Positions 10,911 through 21,340 of a DNA stretch of 64,000 bases are shown piece by piece. Source of the DNA: Lama glama (taxonomy: Eukaryota); NCBI GenBank assembly GCA_028534125.1, contig CM052816.1, positions 98,024,001 through 98,088,000 of the forward strand, given 5' to 3'. Within the stretch, counting starts at the first letter, position 1, and every line of letters begins with the position of its first letter. Both the position numbers and the translations under genes were made by a program. The notes beneath the pieces are model-generated. The model worked only from the letters and a program-made list of their open reading frames with translations, was not told where the DNA came from and did no database searches.

Positions 10911-13480
10911 CCGAGGCGCTCGGGCACGTCTACCCTGCGGAGGCGAGTTCAGAAAAAGCCCGGCGCGCACCCGCAGCCAGGCCGGGAGCCGGGGAGCCGG
11001 GGGGCCGAGGGGCCGGCCCTGCGCCGCCCACCCGCCCGCACGTCGCGCGCGGCGCCCACCCCCGCGCGGCCCCAGCCCCTCCCGGCTTACCTGGCCCTTG
11101 ACCAGGCTGGCGGCGAACTGGCGCATGACCGCCTCCACGGTGTAGGCGCTGGACCAGCCGCGCGGCGTGAGCAGCTCCATGCAGATGGCGCCGCCGTCCA
11201 GCACGTAGCCGTTCTCCAGGCGCGGGCTGAGCACCCGCATGAAGGGCGGCGAGAAGGGGAAGTTGTCGGGGAAGGTGAGGTTGAGCAGGATGAACTCGGT
11301 GTTGGTCTCCTTCATGTCCTGCCACAGCACCGAGTCCTTGTCCACCTGGTGCAGCTTCACGTTCCAGTCGAAGAGGCTCTCGTCCACCAGCTCCACGGAG
11401 ATGAAGCGGTCGCTGAGGCGCGCGATGTCCTGCAGCTCCTTCATGAGCCGCCGGCTGCGCACCTGCGTGCAGTGCTGCTGGCGCGCCGCGGGCACCAGGC
11501 TGCCGCCCGCTGCCGCCGCCGCTACCGCCAGGCCCGGCCCCGCCCTGGCGCCCGGCGCCCGCTCCCGGGGGCCCCCGGCGCCCGCCGCCCCCGCCGCCCC
11601 CGCCGCCGGCTGCGGCGGCTTGTCGCGCGGGGCCAGCTCCACCGCGCGCTTGCCCTTGCCCTTGCCGGGCCCGGGGCTGGCGTCGCCCGCGCTCGCCGCG
11701 GGGTGCTGCTGCTGGGGCTTGTGGCCGCCGCTCTTGGCGCCGCCCTTGCCGCGCAGCGACGCGCTCTGCTGGCCGCTGCCGCCGCCGCGGTGGTTGTGGT
11801 GGTGCTTGGGGTCCTCGGTGTCCCGGTTGTGCAGGCGGATGAGCCCGATTTTGCGGAGCAGCGTGGCCATTTTAGGCTCGGCGCCGGCGCGGGGCTCCCT
11901 TGGGCTCCTGCCCCCGGAGCCCGAGAGCCGGGACTCGGGTGGCGCGGGGCGACGGAGACCGGCGACCACTCAGCGAGGCGAGGCGCGAGCCACCCCCGGC
12001 GCCGGTGGCCGTGGCGCAGCCGAGCGGGCAACACGCGCGCTCTCTGGCCGCGGTGTCGCCGCTGTCATATGACGGGCCCCGCTCGGCTCAGGCTCCGGCC
12101 ACCCGGGAAGGGGAGGCGTGGAGGGGACGCGGCGCGGCTGGCCGTTCCCCGGCCGGTCCCTGGGCACAGTCCCCGGAGCCCGGTGTCCGCGGTCCTTTGT
12201 GCGCGGCTGCAGCCTGGCTGGCTTCGAGTCCGAGCGCCGCGCCCGGGCGCGCAGAGCAGCCCGCAGCTCCCGGGAGGCAGCGAGGTGGCCGCGGGCTCGC
12301 GCCGTGCGCGCCCGCCGGGCCGTGCCGCGCTGGCGGCTACCGCGGGGCCCCGGCCGCTGCCGCTCGCGTCGCCGCCGCCGCTGCGGCTGCTGACATTGCA
12401 GAGGCGGCTGCTCAGTCTGAGCCGAGCGCTGCGCGGAGGGGGCGGCCCTGCCGGCCGGCGGGGTGGGGGTGGGGGGCGCGGGGCGGAGCCGCGGGCCTGG
12501 CTGCTCCGTGCCGCCCCCGCCGCCCGCCCGCCGCCGGCTCCCGCGGCGACTCGCGCTCGGCCGCTGGGGGGAGACATCGGCGCGCGCCCGGCCGGATGGG
12601 CGCCGGGCTGCTGGGTAGCGGCACACCGGGCCGACCAGCTCGCAGAAGCGGGGCGAGGGTGGGGAGTAGGGGAGCAGGGGCGCGCGCGCTGATGAGAGTC
12701 TCGGAGGCTCCAGGTCCTTCTGCCCGAGATCCAGGCTCAGCCCCCGAGCCTCCGCCTCACTTAACCCGGTTAGAACAATCCGGAGGGGAAGGGGTGTCGG
12801 AAAAGGGTAGAAAGCAACCTGTTCACTGATTCCCTCGGACCATATGGAGCCTGGTGTCCCACACAGCCACCCTGGACGGGGGTTTAGGGGACCAACGCTT
12901 TCCTAAAGATCGATCAAAGAATCAGGGCCTCGGGAGGAGGGTGCGGGAAGCGTGCCCGCCGCAACCCACTAAAGAGTAGCCCCTCGAGTCACGATTTTAA
13001 AGGATGACCGTTCCATGAATTCACCCCCTGCGTCCCGGCCCTGCTCCTTTTCTGCCCGCTACGCCAGAGGGTCCCTGCGTTCCAAAAAGGGGAGGAAGCC
13101 ACCACCCAGCACTGGCTTTTCAGTTGTTTCCAAAAGGCCGGCCCTCTGCTGCCTGGAGTCCCCGCTACCCGCAGGCGACCTCGGGACCGGCCGCGGAAGG
13201 GTAGCAGATCCCCCTTCAACCTGGACGCTTTCAACCCTCCCCTCCTTCTCTGCCTTTAGCCCATTGAAACTTATTTTTATCTGATGAAATTTCAAGCAAA
13301 AATCATGTTTAGGGCCCCGGCAGCTGGAATAGTCTGGGAAGCCCCGCAGGGTCCGTGTTTGCGGGGAGCGCGCTGCCGCGCGTGTTCTGGTGCGTCCGGC
13401 CCAGCTGCGCAGCGGGGAGCGGGGCGGTGATGGTCGCCGCAGGAGAGGGGGACCGCCCCCACACCGAAATGCCTGAGGGC
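10900..13480. promoter_or_regulatory. CpG island and proximal promoter of UBE2QL1
   Basis: Very high GC and CpG density. GC box GGGGCGGAGC at about 12480. Inr-like TCAGACT on the minus strand at 12420-12414. Confidence 0.9.
11091..11870 (-). CDS. UBE2QL1: UBE2QL1 (ubiquitin-conjugating enzyme E2 Q family-like 1), first coding exon, 260 codons; last coding exon lies outside the window
   Basis: The translation contains the UBC domain RRLMKELQDIARLSDRFISVELVDESLFDWNVKL...FPDNFPFSPPFMRVLSPRLENGYVLDGGAICMELLTPRGWSSAYTVEAVMRQFAASLVKGQ, with the catalytic Cys codon at 11183-11181. The ATG at 11870 is in strong Kozak context (cctAaaATGG) with an in-frame upstream TGA at 11972-11970. The exon ends at the phase-0 donor CAG|GTAAGC at 11091/11090. 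The second Met (MKELQ) is at 11444. Confidence 0.96.
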
Positions 13481-14519
13481 TGACTCCAAACTTTGCCTCT
13501 GTTCCTGGCTTGGCGTTCATCCTGAGAAGCCTCTAAATTCATTGGCAAAGCATGTTCATGCTGATGCCACCACGACGATTAAAAAAAAGTCTTTACCATT
13601 TAAACTTTTTCCAAATTATTAAAAATTTTCACTGTGAAAAATAACTCTGGGCTATTGAGGAGATCAGTACAGACCTACTGGGCCTGGAGGTCGCTTTTCT
13701 GGGGTTGTCTCCTCTAGGAGAGCCAGGTGCCAGCCTCCTCATCGGCTTGTGGTAAGTGAGCAGGACACGTCTGCATCCTGGGACACGGTCCCCTGGAGTA
13801 GCGACTGTATACAAAGGTGCCTTTCCGCAGAGGCTGTTTTCAGATGAATGGGACTGGGCAGAGCAGCAGCTAGTAAAGACCAGTGGCTGGTGGCCAAATG
13901 TGGCTGCAGCCGACTGAAGGCTAGTTGTTCTGGTCCCATGGGCTTTTTCGGTGACCTCGTTCTATCTAGCTGTGACTTTTAAAGAGAGGTTGAGCAGGAG
14001 AATGACCGTGCCTATCTGGAAAGTACCCCGAGTTCATTTAACCTGTGGGAAGAGGGGATGTGAGTAGATCCAGAGGTGACACTGGTAGGGACAGGCAGGC
14101 ATCACACGATTTATCATGTCACGGCCACAGAAGCCCTCTCGGGTTTTATCTGACCCACTTTACTGGTGGAGAAATTGTGTTTCAGAGACACTCATCACTG
14201 GCCCAGCTCAGCCACATGCTGGGACCTACACCCTGGTCCATGTGCCCCCAGGCCCGGTGCTGGGGTTGACCAGCTGCCCCAGACTGCACACTGCACAGCA
14301 GGGTTTCTGGGGTGGGGTGTCAGTCCTGGTCCTGGAGGTGGAAGGAGAAAGGCTTCATAGGTGTGATTTTCATCCCCACACACCAGCTGGTTTTGGGGGA
14401 GGCCTCAGAGAAACATTTCCCACCTGGAGCAGGGATGGCATCCAGTCTGGTTTGGGAATGGTTTAACTGAAATCCCAGGTAACCACCTGTAAGGCCTTTA
14501 TTTCCAAATGGAAGTATTG

Positions 14520-14650
14520 CTAGGGTGACCATATAATTCATTTTCTGAATGCAGGTTTTTCTTGAGAGTGAAAGGATCACAGTTCATGCTGATGCTGGGA
14601 CAGGAGGCCAAAGCAAGACTGACCCAGATGTGAGATAGTGGCCATCTTAC
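14520..14650. mobile_element. hAT-Blackjack-like (MER81/MER94) element
   Basis: Terminal tagggtgaccat...tggccatctta imperfect inverted repeat with internal gagagtgaaagg. Confidence 0.6.
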
Positions 14651-15697
14651 TTGTTATCTGCCTGTTACACTGTCAGCATCTCAGATCAGCTCTCTAAAGG
14701 GCTAAAGGCAAATGGTAATTAAAAATCGGCAGCAACCTAAATTTGTAACAGAATATTATGCAACAGTAACTATAGTTATGAAGATTATATAGCAAAATGA
14801 AAATATTTATGATGTACATAATAATTTTTGGTAAGAAAGCAGAGTCCAAAATTATATCCACGATACAGCTACAACTACATAAACTATGCATAGGAAAAAA
14901 GGCTGGAAGGAGGAAGATTGAAACCGTAACAGTTATTACATCAGTACAGGTAGGTATTCTCAATATACCCCCTCCCCAATCCTCCAGTCCACGGATCCAA
15001 ACATTTGCTTCAGTGACAGGACGGTAGGGACAGCAGTGAGAAGAAGGGCCCTCTCCTTCTCCTATCCCAGGAGATTCTAGAAAGTTCCACATGACCAGAG
15101 GAATGAATGGATACCTAGAAAAAGAGTATATTGTAGTTATAAGGAAAAAATGTTGGCAAACTTTAAACAATTATCTTATTGGAGATTAAGTTTACAATAT
15201 TAAGACAGCTGAGTTGAGAGCATTTAGTACAATAAAATAATCTCTAAGGACAGTATGGGTCTCTAGCTCCTCCTCCATTGGCAGGGACTGATGGGGTGCA
15301 GAGGAAATGGTTAGGGCATCTCTGCAGAGGCCTGAGACCAATCTACCAGAAAGGGAGAGAGGGAGGGGAGCTGCTATTCACAGTCGTCCATCATCTGGGA
15401 ATTACATTGTACCTGCCAACAGTGCTCCCGTGGGCATTTGAATCAATGGTGCCAGGGGCCAGCTGTCTCCAGTTGCAGTTTTTATAAAGAGGTGAAGAAC
15501 TAGGTTTGTCTCTTTTATACTTTGCCTCAAAGGACTGCATCCTAATTTTCCCAGTTCGCCCTATTTTTTTATGAGCCCCAATCTCATAAAGGCATCAACC
15601 AGACTAGCTCAAAATATCAGCCCCCCAGTTTATACAAGTGGTTTATTCTCTTGAATGAAGGTGCTAAGATCACTATCAAAATTCAAAAACATTTTCT

Positions 15698-15886
15698 TTT
15701 TTCTAAATTGAAGTATAGTCAGTTTACAATGTGTCAAGTTCTGGTGTACAGCATCATGTTCCAGTCATACATATCCTCATACTTTTTTTGTTTTAGGTTA
15801 TTACAAAATACTGAATATAGTTCCCTGTGCTATACAGAAGAAACTTGTTTATTTATTTTATATATTGTAGTTAGTATCTGCACATC
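15698..15886 (-). mobile_element. Lineage-specific L1 3' end, 5'-truncated, with 15-bp TSD
   Basis: attgaagtatagtcagtttacaatgtgtc...gttccctgtgctatacag. Direct repeat tcaaaaacattttct at 15683-15697 and 15887-15901. Confidence 0.9.
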
Positions 15887-16689
15887 TCAAAAACATTTTC
15901 TGCTAGAAGAATTCACTGCAAGGCAGCATAGTGTTGATTTCTGATGACTCTGGGTCACGTGACCTATTACGGCATTCATTCATCAATCATCAGTGCTAGC
16001 TAGCACTTAGATGGTACTTCAAGTCTCACGTGTCACCCCAAGCACTATAAATATACATATGCATATGTATATAATATATGTAGTCACTAAATCTTCATAA
16101 CAACCCTTAAGTTACTATGTTTATCCTTATTTTAGAGAGAAATTGAGTAACTAGTCCAAAATAATGCAGTGAATGGTCAGAGAAGCCAGAATTCAAACGC
16201 AGACAGACAGCTTCAAATAGTGCTGTAACCATTGCTCTGTGTGCACCTACTTCATGTAGTCACTGGGGAGACAGTGGTGCAGGAAATCTTGCCCTTGTGG
16301 ACCTGGGGTTCTAGGGAGGATGTCTTTTCACCCTCCGAGCACCCCTCAGAATAGAAAGTTCTTTGGCAGTCACTAATGGAAAGAGCTTGAGGGCATCAAG
16401 AGACATTCCACCCTCACTTCTGCATTTGCTCAAGACCCACAATGGATGCACACATATTTTGTTATTTAACTGAAAGCTCAGCTTTTCCTTTTGCAGCACA
16501 GACCTCTGAAGTCATGGTGGTGAGGATCTTGCCCAGAGTCACAGGAGGTCGTGCGAGAGGGGGCCCGGAGCCCCAGTCCTGACACGTTGCCCAGTGCTAT
16601 CAAAACGCTTTCCTCACTGCCACGTTCTGTAGGCTGTGTCATAAAAGGACGGGCCCCTCTGTTTTCTGTCAGGGTGCGTGAATGGGGAA

Positions 16690-17003
16690 CCCAGCTGCCA
16701 TGTTTTGAGGAAGCCCAGTCTTCAGTAAAGAGGCCACATGGGTGGGTGTCCCAGCTAACGCCTTTGTAGACAGCCAGCAGCACGGACCAGATGTGAGTGA
16801 ACACAGGTGATTCTGGCTTCCAGCCTTGGAGGCGTTCAGCTGAGGCCCTAAGATATTGAGGAGACGAAACCAGCTGTCCCCACTGGGCCCTGAATGACTG
16901 TCACCCCCAGGGACAAGAAAGAACATTGATTGGGAGGGGCAAGAAAGAACACTGCTGATGCAGGCCACCCTGTTTGGGGGCGATTTGTTACGCAGTGGCA
17001 GTG
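16690..17003 (+). mobile_element. Old MLT1 (G/H/I-type) LTR fragment
   Basis: gaggccacatg...cagctgaggccc...gtttgggggcgatttgttacgcag MaLR 3' motif. Confidence 0.65.
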
Positions 17004-19226
17004 CAGGTCCTTCTGGCCCTCACCTCCTTGAGGCGAGAACCTTGCTTTTCCAGGCTTCCTTGGTGCCGGGCACAGGTGTGTGACTGGGCCGCAGCCAATC
17101 CGATGCCCCCAAGTAGAACTTCACGTTAGAAGATGGAGGCTGAATAGGGGTTCGTCCTGGTGAGTGAACTGGGGACCCAGCTTTCAGGCGGGAGCAGCTA
17201 TTTCTCATGGGGCTGCCGGGCTCAGGGTTGATGCTTCTATCTGGGGTCCTTGTCTCCCAGCTGGAGCAGGTCTTTCTTGGGGTGGATCAGCGGTGTCACT
17301 TGATATGTCATTCAGGCTGTGTGGGTTCCAAATCAAATTTCAGATCATCTTCAAGTGACATTAATACATTCCTCTTTGGTTGATAAGCTCAGTTGTTTGT
17401 GACCAAGAGCTCTGACTTACAGAACGTCTCTCCACTGCGGACGCCCCTGCCGGAATTCATGCCTGCACAGCGCACCTGCTCTGTGGCGCTTCTCCTGACC
17501 TACTGTCCATCACTCTCTAACTCAAGGGGCCCTCACCTGCTCTTCGTTCTCAAAGCCTTCACTTTAGTGACCACCCCAGTCTGCTGTTTTCCATCCAAAC
17601 TTAACGCAAAGGAGCAAATGGGTTTTATCTCCTCACCAACTTGGTCCATTAGTAGAAGCTACCAGGGGTGCTGTGCTGAGAAGGGCTGACGCTGGGCCTT
17701 GAGAAGAATGTGGTCCTCAATGAAGGATGTCTGTTGTAGGGGCTGGGTTAGCGGCCTCCCATATACCAAGCCACCTTTGACTTAACTTCAAGGATTCTGT
17801 AAGGAAAACACCCTGATCAGACTAATTCACATAAAAATTTCAATAATACATAGGAGTGTTTATATTTTAAAATAATACATCTTGTATTAGGTAGAGCACT
17901 GGTTGTGCTGATTTAATAAAATGTAATCTAGAGGCTCGAATAAGAAGTTTATTTCTCTTGGCTGTGACAAGGCAGGGATCATGTGGCCTCCATGGTGGCT
18001 TCGGCTGCTGCCTTTTGCTGATTCTGGAAATGACTGTAACGAAGTGCCCTGGAAGTTACACACACCGGTTTTAGTCAGAGCCCATTCCGCACCCAGCTCC
18101 GAGGAAGCCCAGGGAATGCAGTTTCTCTCTGGATAATGCGCGTCAGCTTAAACTTCACTAGAAAGAAACAGGGGGGCATGGATTCTGGGGGTGAGTTAGA
18201 AGTCTTTACCACATGTACGTAATAGCTCATTTCAGGGAGGGACCTGTACAGTGGAGGGGCTCCAATCACACACGCATGTCATCTTTACCGGGTGTTTTTC
18301 TCAGGTCTGCGCCTGAGCGGTTCTGCTCTCTGCCCTTCGGATGAGAACATGGTTTATGCTGTTATAAACTCACACTGTAGTGTAATTCCTTTGGAGGATA
18401 AACTCTCCTCTCCTGGGTCAGACATGCAGGTGTGGCCTTGGGGTGAGCTGGGCTCTGGGGTGGCTGGGAGGGGTGGTGGGTGAGCACTGAAGAGAACAGA
18501 CCTTCCACTGCAGCCTTGGGTGAGGCTAGTACAGGGCCTTCCAGCCCAGGAGCTGGCGTTCTCTCTCAGACGCAGAGAAACTGCTTCTGCGGGTGAGGGG
18601 TGTTAGGGCTGCAGGTTCTCAAAGCTTTCGGAGTCACCCAGTGGGCTTGTTTCATTGTCAGGATGCTGTTTCTTCCCAGTTGCTGCTCTGACTCACATCA
18701 GTGTGTTGGCAAGGCTGTGAGTCCAATGCCCTTTATCATTCTGCAACCTCAAGAGGCAAACTGTGGCCCGGGTTCTGAGCTGCCAGTCCTACGGCTGTAA
18801 GACTTCTGATGGTCTTTCAGGCTGTCAGGCGTGTTCTGCCTGCTCTGATGCCCCCCATCCCTGAGCTTGCTGGTTTCCCTCTGTCAGCTCCCTCTCCGCG
18901 GGTCAGAGACCCCCTCTTCCCCCTCTCCACTGGCGTTACAATTTCTACCATGACGGTCAAACGCAGCAGGTACTTGCTTCCCCCAAACCTTCCTTACAGT
19001 GTGTCCCACGTCTCAGACAAGTGGTGATCATTGCAGAATGGTGATGCTGCTGCTTTATGCGAATTCTCAGTTTTCCATTTTCCACCGGCATTGACTCCAT
19101 CATTGTGCTCAAGGTCAAAGCCGTTAGTCAGTCATCCCAATCTTTGAACCCACTCCTGGTCCTAAGCCCTGAATTTGTTAGGATCCGATCAGGAACATAG
19201 AGATATGCTAAGTGTTTCAACAGAAG

Positions 19227-19268
19227 ATATTTATTTTTATTTTTTTTTTCCTTCAGAATCTCAGAGTG

Positions 19269-19315
<47 letters not shown>

Positions 19316-19675
19316 TTATTGAAATACAGTCAATTTATAATGTTAATGAGTTTCAGGTATACAGCAAAACAATTCAGTTATACATTATACATACATACAC
19401 TCTTTCTTTTCAGATTCCTTTCCATTAGATGCTATTACAAGAAATTGAATGTAGTTCCCTGTGCTGTACAGTAGGTCCTTGTTTTTATTTGTTTTGTATA
19501 TAGTAGTGTGTCTCTGTTAATCCCCAACCCCTAATTTATCCCTCTCCATCTTTCCCCCTGTGTTAACCATGGCTTGTTTTCCCTTTCTGTGCACCTGTCT
19601 TTGGCTTGTAAATAGAAGTTGTTTTTTTTTTCAGATTCCACATGTAAGTGACATCATATGATATTTGTCTTTCTC
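19227..19675 (-). mobile_element. Lineage-specific L1 3' end with (TA)n and an extra tail segment
   Basis: Same L1 3' UTR family as at 15698. Flanking direct repeat tcaacagaag at 19217-19226 and 19676-19685. (TA)n at 19272-19310. Confidence 0.88.
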
Positions 19676-20714
19676 TCAACAGAAGCTTTATTATCCAGAT
19701 AGTTGGTTACAAAGGTGCTGAAGTGTTTGGGAAACCAAAGAAGAAACAGGGGTACTGAGGATGCCAAAGGAATGCGGGGTACTACCCTTCTGTTCCGGCC
19801 GATCGCCTCCCAGAGCTGGGACTTGGTGGCGGTGGGGGGCTATATCTGGACCTGTGGGCCAGCGAGGGAGTGGCCGCAGAGGTGATGTCCCCAAGCGCTG
19901 CCTCGTCCCGCGGTCACTTCACCTCTGCTGTGAAGTGAAGCAGCAGCTGCCGGGAGCCAGCAGGGCATCCTCACTCCTTTGGTCACTCTCGGCCTCCGGA
20001 GTCGGGCGGTCCAGCCCAGCCGCGGTCCGTGTGTGCACCGCCCGGAGGACCCCGTGAACCACTGCCGTCACAGTCTCTGAAGGCTTCCTCTTGCGCTCTC
20101 CTTAGCCTTTTGAGCGGAGAAGGAGAAGAAAGAATCCTAGATGGCTTTTGTAATTCCGGAATTTAGATTTTCTCTGGCAGTGGAAGGCACGCTTGACTGA
20201 TGAAATGAGTCACGCGTTCTTTTCTGAGGAAGAAACCGCTTGGTCCTAGAGAGATTTCCAGAGATAATCAGCTCGTCTTTCCTGTCCTTTTCATCTTTGC
20301 TTGGGGCAAAGACAGTTACTTTCTGGTTGTGTGGAAGTGTGAGGTGACAGCTGATATTGTGTGTCAAGATGGCATCTCTATTCACTGCTACCTTAAATAT
20401 TAGGTCTAAATATAGGTCCCGATGTAGTATTCAGAGAAAGGAAAGTCAGGTCTGCTTGCTGGCACAGCTCAGGGGTGGTGAGCGAAATACTGTAATTAGC
20501 TGAAACCAAGAACATATGTTATATTTATCGCATGCATTTTCACAGCATTAGAATATAGTGGATTTTTGGAACCTTTTTTTTTCTTTTTGTTATTTATCTT
20601 ACCAGCAGAGAATGACAATAAATGTCTTATTGCTCTCATGTCTGCTTTGAAAAATATAATTAAAAATAAACTCTGCAAATTTGGTACTCAAAAATAGTGT
20701 CATCTTTGAAAATT

Positions 20715-21340
20715 TTAAAAATAGAGGATTAATTTACATGCAGTGAAATGCACAGATCTTAATTGCACAACTCAGTGGGTTTGGGAAAATGTATGCGCTT
20801 GTGTGACTTACACTCCAAGCAAGATATAGGCTATTTTCATCACTCCAGAAAGACCCCCTACGTTGCTTTGGGGTCAGGTCCACACTATCTCTCCACCTAA
20901 GGCACCCTTGGTTATGACTTCTATCATCATAAAGTAGTTTTGCTTGTTTCTGAACCTTATATTAATGGAATTATATAGTATGTACTCTTTTATGTCTGTT
21001 TTCTATCAATCAATACATAATCAATCCATGATCTCATGGTGAGATCTGCTCACGTTGTGTATCTGTCAGCCTTTGTTTTTATTGACCAGTGCTATTCACT
21101 GCAGGAATGAACCACAATATGTTTATCCATCTTCCTGTCAAAGGACATCTGGGTTGCTTCCACTTTGAACATTGTGTATATAGTTTCTGTGCACACTCAG
21201 GTGCCAGTCTTTTTGAATATCTGTTTTCACATCTCACAGGTTACGATAAGAAGCGGAATGGCTGGGTCGAAGGCTGTTGTTTAACTGCCCGAGAAACGTC
21301 TAAACTGTCGTCCATGTAGGTTGTACATTTTACACTCTCC
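20715..21340 (-). mobile_element. Old L1M 3' UTR fragment
   Basis: aatttacatgcagtgaaatgcacagatcttaa...ccacaatatgtttatccat...ggacatctgggttgcttccac, typical antisense L1M 3' end. Confidence 0.8.

Larger units (their letters stand above)
1..11090 (-). other. UBE2QL1: UBE2QL1 intron 1 (partial)
   Basis: Starts at the GTAAG donor at 11090. I saw no match to the expected C-terminal exon (GRICRKAGKSKKSF..., recalled from human) in 1-11090. The region is repeat-rich and non-coding. Confidence 0.85.

Noticed and set aside
10515..11090. C-terminal Pro/Ser/Leu-rich part of the 484-aa ORF
   Set aside because: Read-through past the canonical CAG|GTAAG donor into a pyrimidine-rich intron; not UBE2QL1 protein.
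11871..11969. ORF-track start MVAGLRR for UBE2QL1
   Set aside because: It is a GTG codon directly after a stop; the strong-Kozak ATG at 11870 is the better start.
11239..12829. Long plus-strand ORFs (277, 447 and 309 aa) over the UBE2QL1 CpG island
   Set aside because: Antisense shadows of a GC-rich CDS and island with stop-codon depletion; Ala/Arg/Pro/Gly-rich with no domain.
16771..16792. RE1/NRSE-like CAGCAGCACGGACC
   Set aside because: Only about 12 of 21 positions match, and it lies inside an MLT1 fragment.
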